From: Eledone cirrhosa
Taxonomy: Eukaryota
Direction of reading: 5' to 3'
DNA: 64,000 nt
Assembly: GCA_964016885.1 (NCBI GenBank)
Contig: OZ024740.1
Coordinates: 197,408,001 to 197,472,000 of the forward strand
The notes under the pieces are model-generated. The model saw only the letters and a program-made list of their open reading frames with translations. It had not been told where the DNA came from and made no database searches. Below, one piece after another: positions 25,346 through 37,372 of the stretch (the stretch's first letter is position 1; each line of letters begins with the position of its first letter). A program made the translations under genes and the position numbers.

Positions 25346-25687
25346 CACGCATATATATATACACACACACACACGCACATATATATATATACATATATAT
25401 GTTTGCGTGTTTGTGTGCGTATGCGTTTATGTGCTTTTGTGTGTAGATGTTTGCGTGCTGGTGTGTGTATGTATTTATGTGTATATATGTTTCTGTCTTC
25501 TTTCTTTAGATTACTATTAGTTTTGTTTTGTCTTTTCGTTTGGTAAATACCATCTTGATGGTTTTGAAGAAAGACATTAATTTATTGCACTTCTAGCCTT
25601 CTTTTCATTAGTTATTCTCTTGTCTATTTTTATTGCTTGGCACACATAATAATTTGGAATTTATAACAGAAGATTCTTCCAGTCTAA

Positions 25688-25910
25688 GAATATTGGTTTC
25701 TGATTTAGGTACAAGGCCAACAATTTTTGGGGAAATGAAAGTTGATTGAATCGACCCCAGTGCGTTACTGGTATTTTATTTTATCGAATCTATAAGGCTG
25801 AAAGATAAAGCTAACCTCGGCGGGATTTGAACTCTGAACGTAAAGGACCGTAACTCTATGCTACGAAGCATGTTGTCCGATGCTCTACCGATACTGCCAA
25901 TCCATCGCCC
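25688..25910 (-). mobile_element. SINE S1 variant
   Basis: A-box, B-box and conserved body. Confidence 0.8.
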
Positions 25911-26004
25911 TTTCAAGTCTAATAATATTGATAAGATGAATGGATAGCAATGTATGTATGTATGTATGTATGTATGTATGTATGTATGTATGTATGTATG
26001 TATG

Positions 26005-26038
<34 letters not shown>

Positions 26039-26816
26039 TGTATGTATGTATGAGGGAACTTATAGATAGGACAACGCTGTCTTTTCGTGGGGTAAGTTTT
26101 TAATTAATTTTTGTATTCTGAAACATCAAAATACAACAACTTTTTGGTCACTGGACTCGGGAATGTCACGACAGAAGTTTGTGGAAGTTACACAAATATT
26201 TTAGTATATTTTAGCAGAGCAATCCTTATTTATATCTTACATTTTACATTTACTTACATCTCAATATAACATGGCTAAAATTCAAATTTTGCAAAGAGAA
26301 GAAAACGGTCAAATGAACTAGATACATCTCACTGTCCCCACCACCACAATAACGTCTACACTCTCTCCCCACCATCACATGTCATTACCATACCATACCC
26401 TATCTAGACTAAAGTCATCGACTTGTCAAACTCTCTACTCTCTGTTGAATGTGTATATATATATATATATGTGTGTGTATGTATATGTGTGTATATACAT
26501 CACTCAGTCAAACGACCAGATTTCAACCCCAACATCTACAACAACAACAACACTGGCACTAATGTTTACAGCAACAACAGCTTCAGAATGAACTGAAATG
26601 AACATTTACAACAACAGCGGCATCAAAACATAAAAAAAGGAAGGGAAAAGAAAAGAAAAGAAAAGGGAAGGAAAAAAAACAAAAACAAAAAAACTCAAAA
26701 TAACAAAACACACACACACACACAACACAACAACAACATTAACTGCCACCACCACCACCACCGCCACCGCCGCCGCCATCACCATCACCAGCGACCAGGC
26801 CTTAAGAAAACAACTT

Positions 26817-26975
26817 TAATAATAATTTTTCTGCTTTTGGCACGGATCCAGCGACTGGCCCAGCGCATCACTGGTACTCTCTTTTGTTGACTTCGTGGGG
26901 ATGAAGGGCAAGGTTGATCTCGGCGGGATTTAAGCTCAGAGCGTGGGGAGCCATAACTCTATGCTGTAAAGCAAT
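26817..26975 (-). mobile_element. diverged SINE S1
   Basis: Body similarity and TAATAATAAT tail. Confidence 0.65.
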
Positions 26976-27239
26976 TATAATAATACTGGACTGTAATACG
27001 ATCGGCTTCAACTATACAAACTCTTGAAAGTCAACAGTTGACATAATCTTGTAATCTTGTATCAGTAATGACGGTAATATATATATATATATATGTGTGT
27101 GTGCGTGTAAGTGAGTAGAGTAGCGTGTGTGTGTGTTTGTTTGTATGTATGTGTTGCTGTGTGCGCGCATATGTATGCGTGTGTGTGTATGTCGTACGTA
27201 TAAGTGTCAATAAGTGAGTTTTTTTTTTTTTTTTCTTTT

Positions 27240-30200
27240 TGCGCGGGGACATAGAAATAATCGGGCTGGATGCCCGATCGCGCAGTTAAACCACTGGGAG
27301 TGAAGAACCCCTAGCCCTTGTCAGGGCATTCTTCTAGGAGAAGGCATCTCAGGAAACTGGGTTAACTCCGATATAAAACCTGCGGCTCAGTAGTTACCGA
27401 TGATGTTGATCTTTTCTTCTTTTCGGGTTATAGCTACTGTCGCTCAGAGTGGGATTGGCTCAGTGCACAGTCTTTCCTCACTTTAAAAATATTCGTCACG
27501 CACAGGCATTGCACGAGTGCATTAATAATTATTAATAGTGTACTACTATTATTATTATTATTATTACTATTATTATTACTTTTTTTTTTTTTTTTTTTTC
27601 CAATTCAATGATGTTCCAGAACAATGTAAAAGAGATAATTGGCACTTTAGGTTCTGGAACAAAAAAGATCATTGGCAATAAGGGCAGGGGCCCCAAGTTA
27701 TCACAGCCTGGGCCCGCTCGTCATCGTGCCATTGTAATAGAGCCAAACAAGGCATTTAGTCTTGGCTGCTGGAACGTACGGACGCTGCTTGACAGGGATT
27801 CCTTGGAGCGTCCTGAACGAAGGACCGCTCTTGTTGCAAAGGAGCTTCGACGTTACGATCTTGACATCGTGGCTTTATCTGAGACGAGGTTAGCTGGAGA
27901 TGGTCATCTTACGGAATTTTGTGGAGAATATACATTCTTCTGGAAAGGAAGAGATGAAGGAACCAGAAGAGAGGCTGGGGTAGGATTTGCTGTTAAGACT
28001 GTACTTGTCAATAAATTAGAAGAATTCCCAGTAGGGATTAGTGAGCGTCTTATGTCCATGAGAGTTCCGCTGGACAGAGGAAGATATGCTACCCTGGTGA
28101 GTGTGTATGCTCCAACTATGAATTCTGTCGATGAAGAAAAACTGTCCTTTTACCATGCCTTGAAAGGTGTTCTAAGAAATATCCCTCAGGCAGACAAAGT
28201 CATCGTGCTTGGTGACTTTAATGCTAGAGTGGGTAGGGATTTTAACACATGGAATGTAATCGGAAGGCATGGGGTGGGAAAGTGTAACAGCAATGGTATG
28301 CTCCTGCTGCAGATGTGTGAGGAGCTGGATCTGTGTGTTACCAACACCATGTTCCAACAAAAGAACAAATTCAAGACCACATGGATGCATCCTGCATCTA
28401 AGGAATGGCATCTTTTGGACTACGTCCTAGTCAGGATGCGTGACAGACAGGATGTGCAGTGTGTTCGTGTTCTTCGTGGAGCTTAGTGCTGGACGGACCA
28501 CCGCCTGGTACGCGCAAAAGTGAAACTAATCACCAAACGTAAAATCCGGGCTCCTGGTGTTACCCTGCCCAAAAGATTGAATGCTGTTCGTCTTAAGGAT
28601 AACAATGTGAAGAGGACATTGGAAGAAGAGATGCAGGCTGCAGATCTTGGTGAGGATTGGCCGACCCTTAAAAAGTCGGTTTATGATGTAGGCAGGCGTG
28701 TTCTGGGATTGGTGCAGAGAAAACATCAGGACTGGTTTAATGAGAATGATGTACATATAGAAGACTTGTTGGCTGATAAGAGGCGTGCTCTGTCACGCTA
28801 CTTGACAGCAAAACCAGAGGAGAGGAATACGTTGCATGAGGAGCTCAGGGATGTAAAATCACGTGTTAGGCGGAGTCTTTCTCAGATGAAGGATCAGTGG
28901 TGGAGTGAGAAGGCTGGTGAGATACAAACTGCGTCTGATTCCAATAACACAAAGCTGTTGTACAGTCTCTTGCGTGAGGTTTATGGACCGTCTTCTTTTC
29001 TGGTGACACCGCTTCGCAGCAAGGATGGCAAAGAACTTCTTCGTGACTCACAGGGAATTCTACGAAGGTGGCGAGAGCACTTTGATGATCTTTGAATCAG
29101 CCGTCTGTCGTCAGTGAAGATTTCCTCAATCTCATTCCAGAAAGTCCTGTGAAAGTAGCTCTCGCAGAACCTCCGACGCTTGTGGAGGTTGCAGTGGCTA
29201 TTTCGAAGCTGAACAGTGGAAGATCTCCAGGTATGGATGGCATACATGCTGAGCTCCTACAATATGGTGGTGAGAGACTCCTGCAACATCTGCACTCTTT
29301 GTTTGGAAGGATATGGACTAATGAATCCGTACCTGAGGACTGGAGAGATGCAGTAATGGTGGTCTTGTACAAGGGAAAGGGTAACAGGAATGATTGTGGG
29401 AACTACAGAGGTATATCATTGCTTTCTGTCATAGGGAAAATTTTATGTAGGGTGCTTCTGGACCGTCTGCTGACACACATTGCAGATTGTGTTCTTCCTG
29501 AAAGTCAATCTGGTTTTCGTGCTGGACGCGGCACTACTGATATGATCTTCTCAGCTAGACAGCTCCAGGAGAAGTGCATTGAACAAGGCTTGGATCTGTA
29601 TCAGGTTTTTGTCGATCTGACAAAGGCTTTCGATACTGTCAACAGAGAGGCATTATGGAAGGTTCTCCAGAAACTTGGTTGCCCTGATAAGTTCCTTGCT
29701 TTAGTTAGGTCTTTCCATGACGACATGAAGGCTTGGGTTAATGTCGCAGGTAACATGTCGGAGCCTATCTCAGTAAAAAATGGAGTGAAACAGGGGGATA
29801 TTCCAGCACCGACCCTGTTTGCCATATACTTTGCAATAGTTTTCTGTATTGCATTCAGGAATTGCGAGCATGGTGTTTACATCCGATATCGAACCTCAGG
29901 CAGCATATTTAACATCAGGCGCTTTGCTGCGAAGACAAAAGTATTTACATCAATCATAAGAGACCTCTTGTATGCAGATGATTGCGATCTTGTAGCGCAC
30001 ACAGAGAGTGATATGCAGCACATTTTGAATGCATTTTCTGACCTTGCACTGCCCTGGGTTTGACTGTCAGTCTCAAGAAAACCGTCGTCATGTACCAACC
30101 TGCCCCTAGTAAGCAGTACATTGAACCAAACATCTATGTGTATGGCAAACGACTTGGAGTGGTTGATCAGTTTGTCTACCTGGGAAGCACTGTCAATCGA

Positions 30201-31150
30201 TACGGCAACCTTGACAGTGAAATCTCACTTAGGATTAGGAAAGCAAGTGGTGCTTTCGGAAAGCTAGAAAGGCGACTCTGGGGTCAGCGAGACATATGCA
30301 GGAGGACAAAGGTAAAGGTGTACAGGGCATGTGTACTCTCTTGTCTTCTTTATGCCTGCGAGACCTGGGTCACATATCGACACCACCTTAAGCAATTGGA
30401 GCGTTTCCATCAGATGTGTCTCAGACGGATCCATGGCGTTCACTGGAGGGACCACATCAGTGATGTCGAGATTTTGGAAAGCTCTATGTGTGACAGTATA
30501 GAAGCTCTTGTGCTTAAGCAACGACTCCGTTGGAGTGGTCACCTTGCCAGGATGAAGGATTCTAGAATACCAAAACAACTCTTCTATGGAGAGTTGGTTA
30601 AAGGAAAACGACCGCCACATAAACCAAAAAAGAGGTATAAGGATTCCTTGAAAGCCTCTCTGAAAGACGCTAACATCTCTGCTGTTACATGGGAAAATAT
30701 TGCTGCTGATCGTAATAAATGGAGAAAGACTGTATATGAGGGAAAAGTTGCCTTTGAGGCATCTCGAATCGCACACGAGAAAGTAAAGCGGGATGTGAGG
30801 AAGGGCATTTCTGTTGCACTTCCAGACGGCGAGGGTCCTCCTATGGTGCTGACATGCAGCGTCTGTGCGAGACTCTGCCTAAGCAAAGCTGGACTCGAAA
30901 GTCATCTTCGCAGTCATAAAGTAAGACCAGTGGTTGACTACCAGGCTGCTGTTGGAGATGCTACTCATCATGCTTGCCAAACATGTGGTAGAGAATGTAA
31001 ATCAGCAGGAGGGCTCAAGCGACATGCAAAAGTACACGAACTCCAACCACAGCCGACTATTCCCAGTGAATGTTTTGGTTGCCGACTCTGTGCAAGACAT
31101 TGTAGATCATTGGCTGGGCTAAAAAGCCACATTTGATCGCAGCACTGTTA
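27240..31150 (+). mobile_element. RTE-clade LINE (APE-RT-C2H2 fingers), recently inactivated; its 3' terminus is probably displaced to ~41575-41612
   Basis: CWNVRTL, LSETRL, GDFNARVG, DLTKAFDTV, GVKQG, YADD, YLGS and three C-terminal Zn fingers. Lesions: TAG at 28484 within GA(E)CWTDHRL, 1-nt frameshifts near 29092 and 30040, and probably CGA>TGA at 31134. Confidence 0.95.
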
Positions 31151-31514
31151 GTTGTTATCGTGTGTGTGTGTGTAGATATGCTTATGTACGTGCGTGTGTG
31201 TGTATATATATAGGAATATGTATATTATTATTGTCGTTATTATTATTATTGCTATTATTATTATTATTATTATTATTATTGCTATTATTATTATTATTAT
31301 TGAATGCCATGGTTGACGGAGGCTCGGCTCTGTAAGGTATAGTAATTTTTAACCGTTAAAACAATTGTAAATTGTTTAAAACTTGAACCAAATTGTTGAT
31401 AAAGACACCCTCCTCCTCGTGAGAGGGGTCTTTCTGTCCGTTATTTGGCCCTTCGGGGTTAAATAACCAGTTATTGGGGTTTTGTACCCAAAATTTCATT
31501 TTAAACAAAAAAAC

Positions 31515-33614
31515 ATGGCTACCAAAAAGAAATTTCATACGTCACTCCCACTCATTCCGTCTTCTTCTTCCTCAATCATCACTACAGCAGAGAGAAGATT
31601 GTCTCTCTCCCTCCCTTCTTTAAATGTGTCTCTCTCCCTCCCTTCTCTTTCGCAAGTGACGAAAGAAAAGAAAAGTCTCGTGCAAAGCGTGCAAGGTTTC
31701 TCCACGACGACGACGACAGCGACGAAACAGGTGTGCGGGAAATACGAAAACCCAGTTCATTCGTCTGACGTCAGGAATAATAGCAGTAGCAGCCGTAATA
31801 ACAACAGCAACAGTGACAATGAAAACAACAGTAGCAGCCGCAACAGCATCACCAGCAGCATAAACAACAATAGCATTAGCAGCAGCAACACCAACAACAA
31901 CAACCACAGCAACAGCGGCGGAGGCAGTAGTCGTAGTACCTGCAGCAACAACAAAAGTACCAGCAGCTCTGACGACAACAACAACAGCAGAGAAAAACCA
32001 ATCTCATTTGCAGGTATTGCGAAAAACTTGGAAACAATCCTCATAACAAATGAGGAATTAGAGGAAGCGAAGAAGATGGTGACAAAGAACGGACACCGAG
32101 CAATCTGCAAGGCAGCGAAACATTTTTTCGAAACCCAAGAGCACTGTACGGTCACGTACCGTACAGTAAGTACAAAATCCCGTAGGGTGGAAAGAGCCAC
32201 AGAGGCCCAAATACAAAAAGCCTTGGGGTCTGTGTGGCAGCGGAAAACGCACATCACCCGAGGCAAAAAATATGCCACCGTAGACGTACTTTTTGCCACA
32301 CCCCAGGAGGCAAAGGCCCAATCAGTAGTGACCCTAAGGAGCGAGGAAATGGTGTTGGTGCCCTCCTACTGTGGGCAAAAAATTGTGAGGGTCAAACTGA
32401 CCCACGTCCCCCCCGGAATGACCCCTTCTTGGCTGGCCGCGTCTGTCCTCGTCGGAATCGAGGACAAAACAACTGTACTGCAAGTACAGAAAAAAGTAAG
32501 AGAAGATTGGGTCGGCTCCTCCATTGAGATGCTAATCCAAACCAACCAGGAGTGCATCGAAGCTATCCCGGATGTGATAGACTTCGATAACGGCACTCAA
32601 CTGCCCATAAGTGTTGAGGGCAAACGCCCGAAATGCTTTCGCTGTGGATCGAAGACTCACCTCAGGGCCTTCTGCAACGAGAAGACCCTGAGAAAGGAGA
32701 AAACCCCCCTCCTTCCGAATCCGGCTCCACGGCTACCAGCAACAGGACAAGCGGCAACCAGGAACGATAGGCCCGTGGCACCCATACCCACTCCACGGAA
32801 ATCAAAAACAGCAGCAGCAGTGGAAATACTAACAACAACAACAGCAATACCAAATGCAGCTGCAACAGAGACTCCAGTGCAAACATCACCAACAACAACA
32901 AGTGAAAGAGTGGAGTTGGTACCCCTCCCCGACCTCACAGAATCAGACATGGAGTGTGAGGTGGGAGAGAGATGGCAAAAGGTCGTAAGAAGGCACAAAC
33001 GCAGAAGCAGCGCATCGTCGCCTTTGAAAAGGGAGGAAAGAAATGAGAAAAGGGTAAAGTCTACTGCAAAGAGACCCACAGCAGCAACAACACCAACACC
33101 ATCACCACCCACACTAGCGCCACCATCACCACCGGCGACAACCCCACCGCCAACAACACCTTCAACACCACCACCACAAGCACCAACATCGCAAACACAA
33201 CAACAAAACACACACACCCAGCAACAACGACAAGAAAATAGTAGAACCACACCCCACCCCCAGAAAAACAAATGCACGGCAATAAATACACACAACAAGA
33301 AACTAATGACTTACATAATTGAACACACAGACATTTCACAACAGGACTACATAATACCAGCACCAATCAAAACGCCAACTAACATAAGACTGCTAAAAAT
33401 AGCACAGAAACAATACACAAACATTAAAACGAAATTCCCCAACGCAGTTGGTGATTTCAGGGACCTAGGAGGAACCATCAATCGAAGAGTATACTCAGAC
33501 ATTCTCTTAGAAGAGCCGACGACCAGCCGAAGGGACGATTCAACGGTCCCTTCACCAGACGATCAAGTGAAAAGGGATGTAAAAACCATCCCTCCTCTAC
33601 CAAAAGTACGGTAA
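31515..33614 (+). CDS. Tx1-type ORF1 (gag-like, CCHC zinc knuckle), 699 aa from the first ATG
   Basis: CFRCGSKTHLRAFC knuckle; Asn/Ser-rich N-terminus; Pro/Thr-rich C-terminus; homologous to the ORF1s at 56.7 and 62.4 kb. Confidence 0.88.
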   Translation: MATKKKFHTSLPLIPSSSSSIITTAERRLSLSLPSLNVSLSLPSLSQVTKEKKSLVQSVQGFSTTTTTATKQVCGKYENPVHSSDVRNNSSSSRNNNSNSDNENNSSSRNSITSSINNNSISSSNTNNNNHSNSGGGSSRSTCSNNKSTSSSDDNNNSREKPISFAGIAKNLETILITNEELEEAKKMVTKNGHRAICKAAKHFFETQEHCTVTYRTVSTKSRRVERATEAQIQKALGSVWQRKTHITRGKKYATVDVLFATPQEAKAQSVVTLRSEEMVLVPSYCGQKIVRVKLTHVPPGMTPSWLAASVLVGIEDKTTVLQVQKKVREDWVGSSIEMLIQTNQECIEAIPDVIDFDNGTQLPISVEGKRPKCFRCGSKTHLRAFCNEKTLRKEKTPLLPNPAPRLPATGQAATRNDRPVAPIPTPRKSKTAAAVEILTTTTAIPNAAATETPVQTSPTTTSERVELVPLPDLTESDMECEVGERWQKVVRRHKRRSSASSPLKREERNEKRVKSTAKRPTAATTPTPSPPTLAPPSPPATTPPPTTPSTPPPQAPTSQTQQQNTHTQQQRQENSRTTPHPQKNKCTAINTHNKKLMTYIIEHTDISQQDYIIPAPIKTPTNIRLLKIAQKQYTNIKTKFPNAVGDFRDLGGTINRRVYSDILLEEPTTSRRDDSTVPSPDDQVKRDVKTIPPLPKVR

Positions 33615-33649
33615 GTGGTCTTTCCCATCTTTTCCACTCTATTTTAAAC

Positions 33650-36600
33650 ATGACCTCACTCAGAATAGGCAGCATAAATGCGCGTGGCTTGGGGTCGTCA
33701 TGGAAGCAGGGTCACCTGCTCAACGACCTCAGGTCACTAAACATAGATGTAGTGGCCATCAGCGAGACCAGAATCTCCGAAGCACGGGCCTTCGCACCGA
33801 TCTTCGGCGGCTACGATGTGTACGCATCTCCCAGCCGTCCTGGATCGGGTGGAGGAGTTGCTGTGCTTTTTCGGAGAGGTTTGGATCTCGCCATACGGGC
33901 CATCTTCCTGGACCCAGAGGGTAAGCTGGTGGTGCTGGACGTGACCAGCGGAGACGGGCAAGCTTTCAGGCTAGTGGCCGTCTATGCCCCGACAGGAGCA
34001 GGGCGGTCTGATTTCTTCCGGCGTCTGGAGACCTTTCTTGGAACGTCCCGCTCTTTAGTGTTAGTGGGCGACTGGAACGGGATCTTAGATGCACGCTGGG
34101 ACTGTGTGGGATTAGCGGATAGGGGTGGAGGGTGCAAGAGCCTCACCAACCTGCTCAGGCGTTTTGAACTGTCTGACAGGTACCGATTGGATTTCCCGAA
34201 TGTGCCAATGTGGACTTGGACAAACCGCATAGGGTCATCCAGATCATATCTAGATAGAGTATTTTGTAGGGAAATAGATAGGTCTAGTATAGGCTGTCCA
34301 CAATTCAAGATAGTCAGCTACACGGACCACAAATTCGTGATCTGTGTGCTTGACTTAGATAGGCTTCATAGACGAGGACCCGGCTACTGGAAGCTAAACG
34401 CGTCCTTACCAGCGCGCAAGGCCTACAGAGACCGGATTAGCGAACTAGTTAAGCGGGCGTTGACGGGGGCCATCGTCAACAACAAGTGGTGGTTTGCTCT
34501 GAAAAGAGCGATTAGAATAGAATCGATTAGGTTTAGCAAGGCTTTAGCAATAGAGAAAAATAGAGCAGAGGGAGAACTAGTTAGAAAATTAGACGAGGCG
34601 CTTAGCAAAGGCATTGCGACCGACGTGCTTGCGGCGAAATTAGCCCTTGACCAATTCTTCAATGCAAAGCACGAAGGCTGCGTTGTCAGAGCTAGGGTGC
34701 GTGCTCTCAGACACGAGGGGACGAAAGCCGTTCAATGGGCCCGAGTGGCGGAGGCGCGTCGTGGCAACAAAGCCACGATCCGGTCTTTGGTGGACCACGA
34801 CGGGCGCATGCTACTCGATCCCGGGCAAATGTGTGAAGCTTTTCAGCGACACTTCGCTCAGCTGTTCGGGGGCAGCGGGGGGCCGGGTAGAGGGATGGAC
34901 TTTAGTGTCTACCTCGACGGACTGCCGCGGCTCTCGGCCACTGAGGCGAAGTGTTGCGAAAAGCCGATAACAGCCGCTGAAGTACGGGAGGCAATGACTG
35001 GCTGCACAAGGGGTAAATCGCCTGGTTTGGATGGTCTGCCCTATGAACTTTACGTACAGATGCCAGACTTGTTCGGAGGCCTCTTGGCGGACGTCTACTG
35101 CAACTGGCAACAGAACGGGAGAATTCCCAGTTCTGTGAGCCGAGGAGCGGTGGCACTGCTGAGAAAGGATCCGAACAAGGGGGATAACATAGAAAATTTC
35201 CGGCCCATAACTCTGCTAAACACAGAGTTTAAGATTTTGGCCAAGGTGCTAGCAAAGAGGTTGGCGCTTGTCGTTGGTGGTCTGGTGGGAGAGGCGCAGA
35301 CATGCGCCATTCCCGACAGATCCATCCACGACAACCTCCACCTCATGCGATACATCGTAGAGAGGGTAGCTAGGGAACCTGGCACGGGTGGGTCCTTGAT
35401 CAATTTAGATCAGTCGAAAGCTTTCGATAGGGTCGACCATCGTTACCTAGCGGCAGTCCTGAGGGCGGCTGGCTTTGGGCCCGTCTTCAGAGGCTGGATC
35501 GCTGCCATGCACAGCGACATCTGCTCTGTGGTGAGAGTGAACGGTCACCTGTCGGAACCGTTCAACATCATGCGCTCGGTCCGCCAAGGATGTCCCCTCT
35601 CGTCCCTCTTGTACGTATTGACTCTCGAGCCATTACTGCACAAACTGGAGACGTTGAGGGGGGTCCCGCGCGAACTAGGATGCGGAAGATCCGTGTCAGC
35701 ATATGCGGACGATGTCACCGTAGTGGTGTCGAACGCCAAACACATCGAGGCGATCGGCACTACACTAAGAGAATACGAAGCGGTGACAGGAGCAATGATC
35801 AACCCGGAAAAGTCAGTGGGCCTGCAGCTCGGCACCTGGAGAGGCAGGTCCATGCCGTCCAACAGCGTCGTCGGGCGCTGGACGGACGGACCGGTTAAAT
35901 TGCTAGGGGTCTGGTTCGGTCCGGACCTCCAGACGGACAAAAACTGGGACGAGGTGACGAGCAGGGTGGCTTCTCTCACCCAGAAATGGGCGGAGAGGAA
36001 GCTATCCCTGAAAGGTCGAGCGGAGGTGGCTAACGCGTACATCGCGTCTGTCATCTGCTACCGCCTAACCGTCGTACCTTGTCCTAAGCCTCGCCTGACT
36101 GCGCTGGAGCGTTTGCTCTTTCGCTTTTTGTGGAAGGGACGTGCTCCGATGGTCAGGCGGTCCATCTGTTGTCAACACCCGCTACGTGGAGGGCTGGGCA
36201 TGCCGTGGCTGATGATGCGCAGGCACGCGCTCAGGCTACGACATCTCCACCTCTTCCTCGACGGTGATCAGGTGGGGTCGCCGTTTGCTAGACGCGTTTT
36301 TCCCCAGCTCGTTTCCTTGACGGAGCTGCAGTCCTGGGTCAAGCGAAGACCGAGAGGGAGCGCCTGGAGACTGGAATGTCTTCAGGCGCTCACAGCCCTC
36401 GACCAATCGGGCAATGTGATCGGTGGAAACTCCACCTCGGCGTTCTATAGAGGATTAGTGGAGGGGAAGAGCGACGACGTACTTGGGGAAACTCTAGGCG
36501 TCGACGAAAATCAACTAGCCAATCTCTTCGGAAGAACTTTCGGGCCAGGGCCTATGGACAACTTCCAGAAATCTCTGGCCTGGCAGTGCTACCGAGGAGC

Positions 36601-37069
36601 CTTGCCAGTTCGGGATAAACTCTACAGGCATGGAGGTGCCGTCAGCCGGGCATGTCCGAGATGCGCGCAGGGCGACGAAACCGTCCTGCACGCACTCGTC
36701 CAGTGTCCGAAAATTGCTGACTTGTGGGTTTATGTCGAACACCTGCTGTCGCGTTTAGGACGGATCCAGCTATCATCTGAGTCTATCGTGAGGATTGCCC
36801 CGCCCTCCTCCTTTAGCCGGGAAGGGCAGGCAGTTTTTATCTGTCTGGTGGCCATGGCGAAAGAGATAGTATGGTGGACACGTTTGAAAGGGCTGAAGAC
36901 GAGCACTTACCTCTTCGGTGATGCTCTGATTGACTTTTTCAAATTTCATTTGAAAAGGAAAATCAGAGTAGAGAAGGAAGTGCTCTCTTCCCAGCATTTT
37001 GTTGAAAGATGGGTGAGAGAAGCAAGAATGGCCCGAGTGAATGGGCCGACTCTGAGTATATATCTGTAA
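33650..37069 (+). CDS. Tx1/L1-type ORF2: AP endonuclease, reverse transcriptase, CCHC (1139 aa)
   Basis: SINARGL, SETR, GDWN, SYLDR, TDH, PGYWKLN, SPGLDGLP, DQSKAFD, RQGCPLS, YADD, CPRC..ETVLHALVQC. Confidence 0.97.
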   Translation: MTSLRIGSINARGLGSSWKQGHLLNDLRSLNIDVVAISETRISEARAFAPIFGGYDVYASPSRPGSGGGVAVLFRRGLDLAIRAIFLDPEGKLVVLDVTSGDGQAFRLVAVYAPTGAGRSDFFRRLETFLGTSRSLVLVGDWNGILDARWDCVGLADRGGGCKSLTNLLRRFELSDRYRLDFPNVPMWTWTNRIGSSRSYLDRVFCREIDRSSIGCPQFKIVSYTDHKFVICVLDLDRLHRRGPGYWKLNASLPARKAYRDRISELVKRALTGAIVNNKWWFALKRAIRIESIRFSKALAIEKNRAEGELVRKLDEALSKGIATDVLAAKLALDQFFNAKHEGCVVRARVRALRHEGTKAVQWARVAEARRGNKATIRSLVDHDGRMLLDPGQMCEAFQRHFAQLFGGSGGPGRGMDFSVYLDGLPRLSATEAKCCEKPITAAEVREAMTGCTRGKSPGLDGLPYELYVQMPDLFGGLLADVYCNWQQNGRIPSSVSRGAVALLRKDPNKGDNIENFRPITLLNTEFKILAKVLAKRLALVVGGLVGEAQTCAIPDRSIHDNLHLMRYIVERVAREPGTGGSLINLDQSKAFDRVDHRYLAAVLRAAGFGPVFRGWIAAMHSDICSVVRVNGHLSEPFNIMRSVRQGCPLSSLLYVLTLEPLLHKLETLRGVPRELGCGRSVSAYADDVTVVVSNAKHIEAIGTTLREYEAVTGAMINPEKSVGLQLGTWRGRSMPSNSVVGRWTDGPVKLLGVWFGPDLQTDKNWDEVTSRVASLTQKWAERKLSLKGRAEVANAYIASVICYRLTVVPCPKPRLTALERLLFRFLWKGRAPMVRRSICCQHPLRGGLGMPWLMMRRHALRLRHLHLFLDGDQVGSPFARRVFPQLVSLTELQSWVKRRPRGSAWRLECLQALTALDQSGNVIGGNSTSAFYRGLVEGKSDDVLGETLGVDENQLANLFGRTFGPGPMDNFQKSLAWQCYRGALPVRDKLYRHGGAVSRACPRCAQGDETVLHALVQCPKIADLWVYVEHLLSRLGRIQLSSESIVRIAPPSSFSREGQAVFICLVAMAKEIVWWTRLKGLKTSTYLFGDALIDFFKFHLKRKIRVEKEVLSSQHFVERWVREARMARVNGPTLSIYL

Positions 37070-37329
37070 ACTAAAGGTGGAAAACTGGGAGAGGGCACTT
37101 GCCTTGGTGGTCAGGGTCATTGTGGCTTTTTACTGGGCTTTCTCCACAAATGTCCCTCCGAAGTCTCCCCCCTATTGGGGAATTTTTCATTGTTATTTTC
37201 ATTGTTATTTTTGTTACATCCTCTGTTTTTGTTTTTTTACACGCAGAAATGCCCATTTGTACCGTCCTGCATTGTCCTGCACTGTCCTTAATGTCTACTT
37301 TATGTAAACCCTTGTGGTTAATAAAGAAA

Positions 37330-37372
<43 letters not shown>

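Larger units (their letters stand above)
31303..37331 (+). mobile_element. full-length, intact Tx1/L1-clade retrotransposon inserted in (ATT)n
   Basis: Structured 5' UTR, two open ORFs, 3' end AATAAAGAAATC, (ATT)n on both sides. Confidence 0.92.

Noticed and set aside
28484-30062. Programmed readthrough or frameshifts in the RTE ORF
   Set aside because: The lesions hit conserved motifs as single-base changes with no slippery sites; mutation or sequencing error is simpler.
31409-31425. HDV-like ribozyme (CTCCTCGTG resembles the R2 L3 loop)
   Set aside because: The flanks form a simple hairpin; I could not build P1/P2/P1.1 or J4/2.
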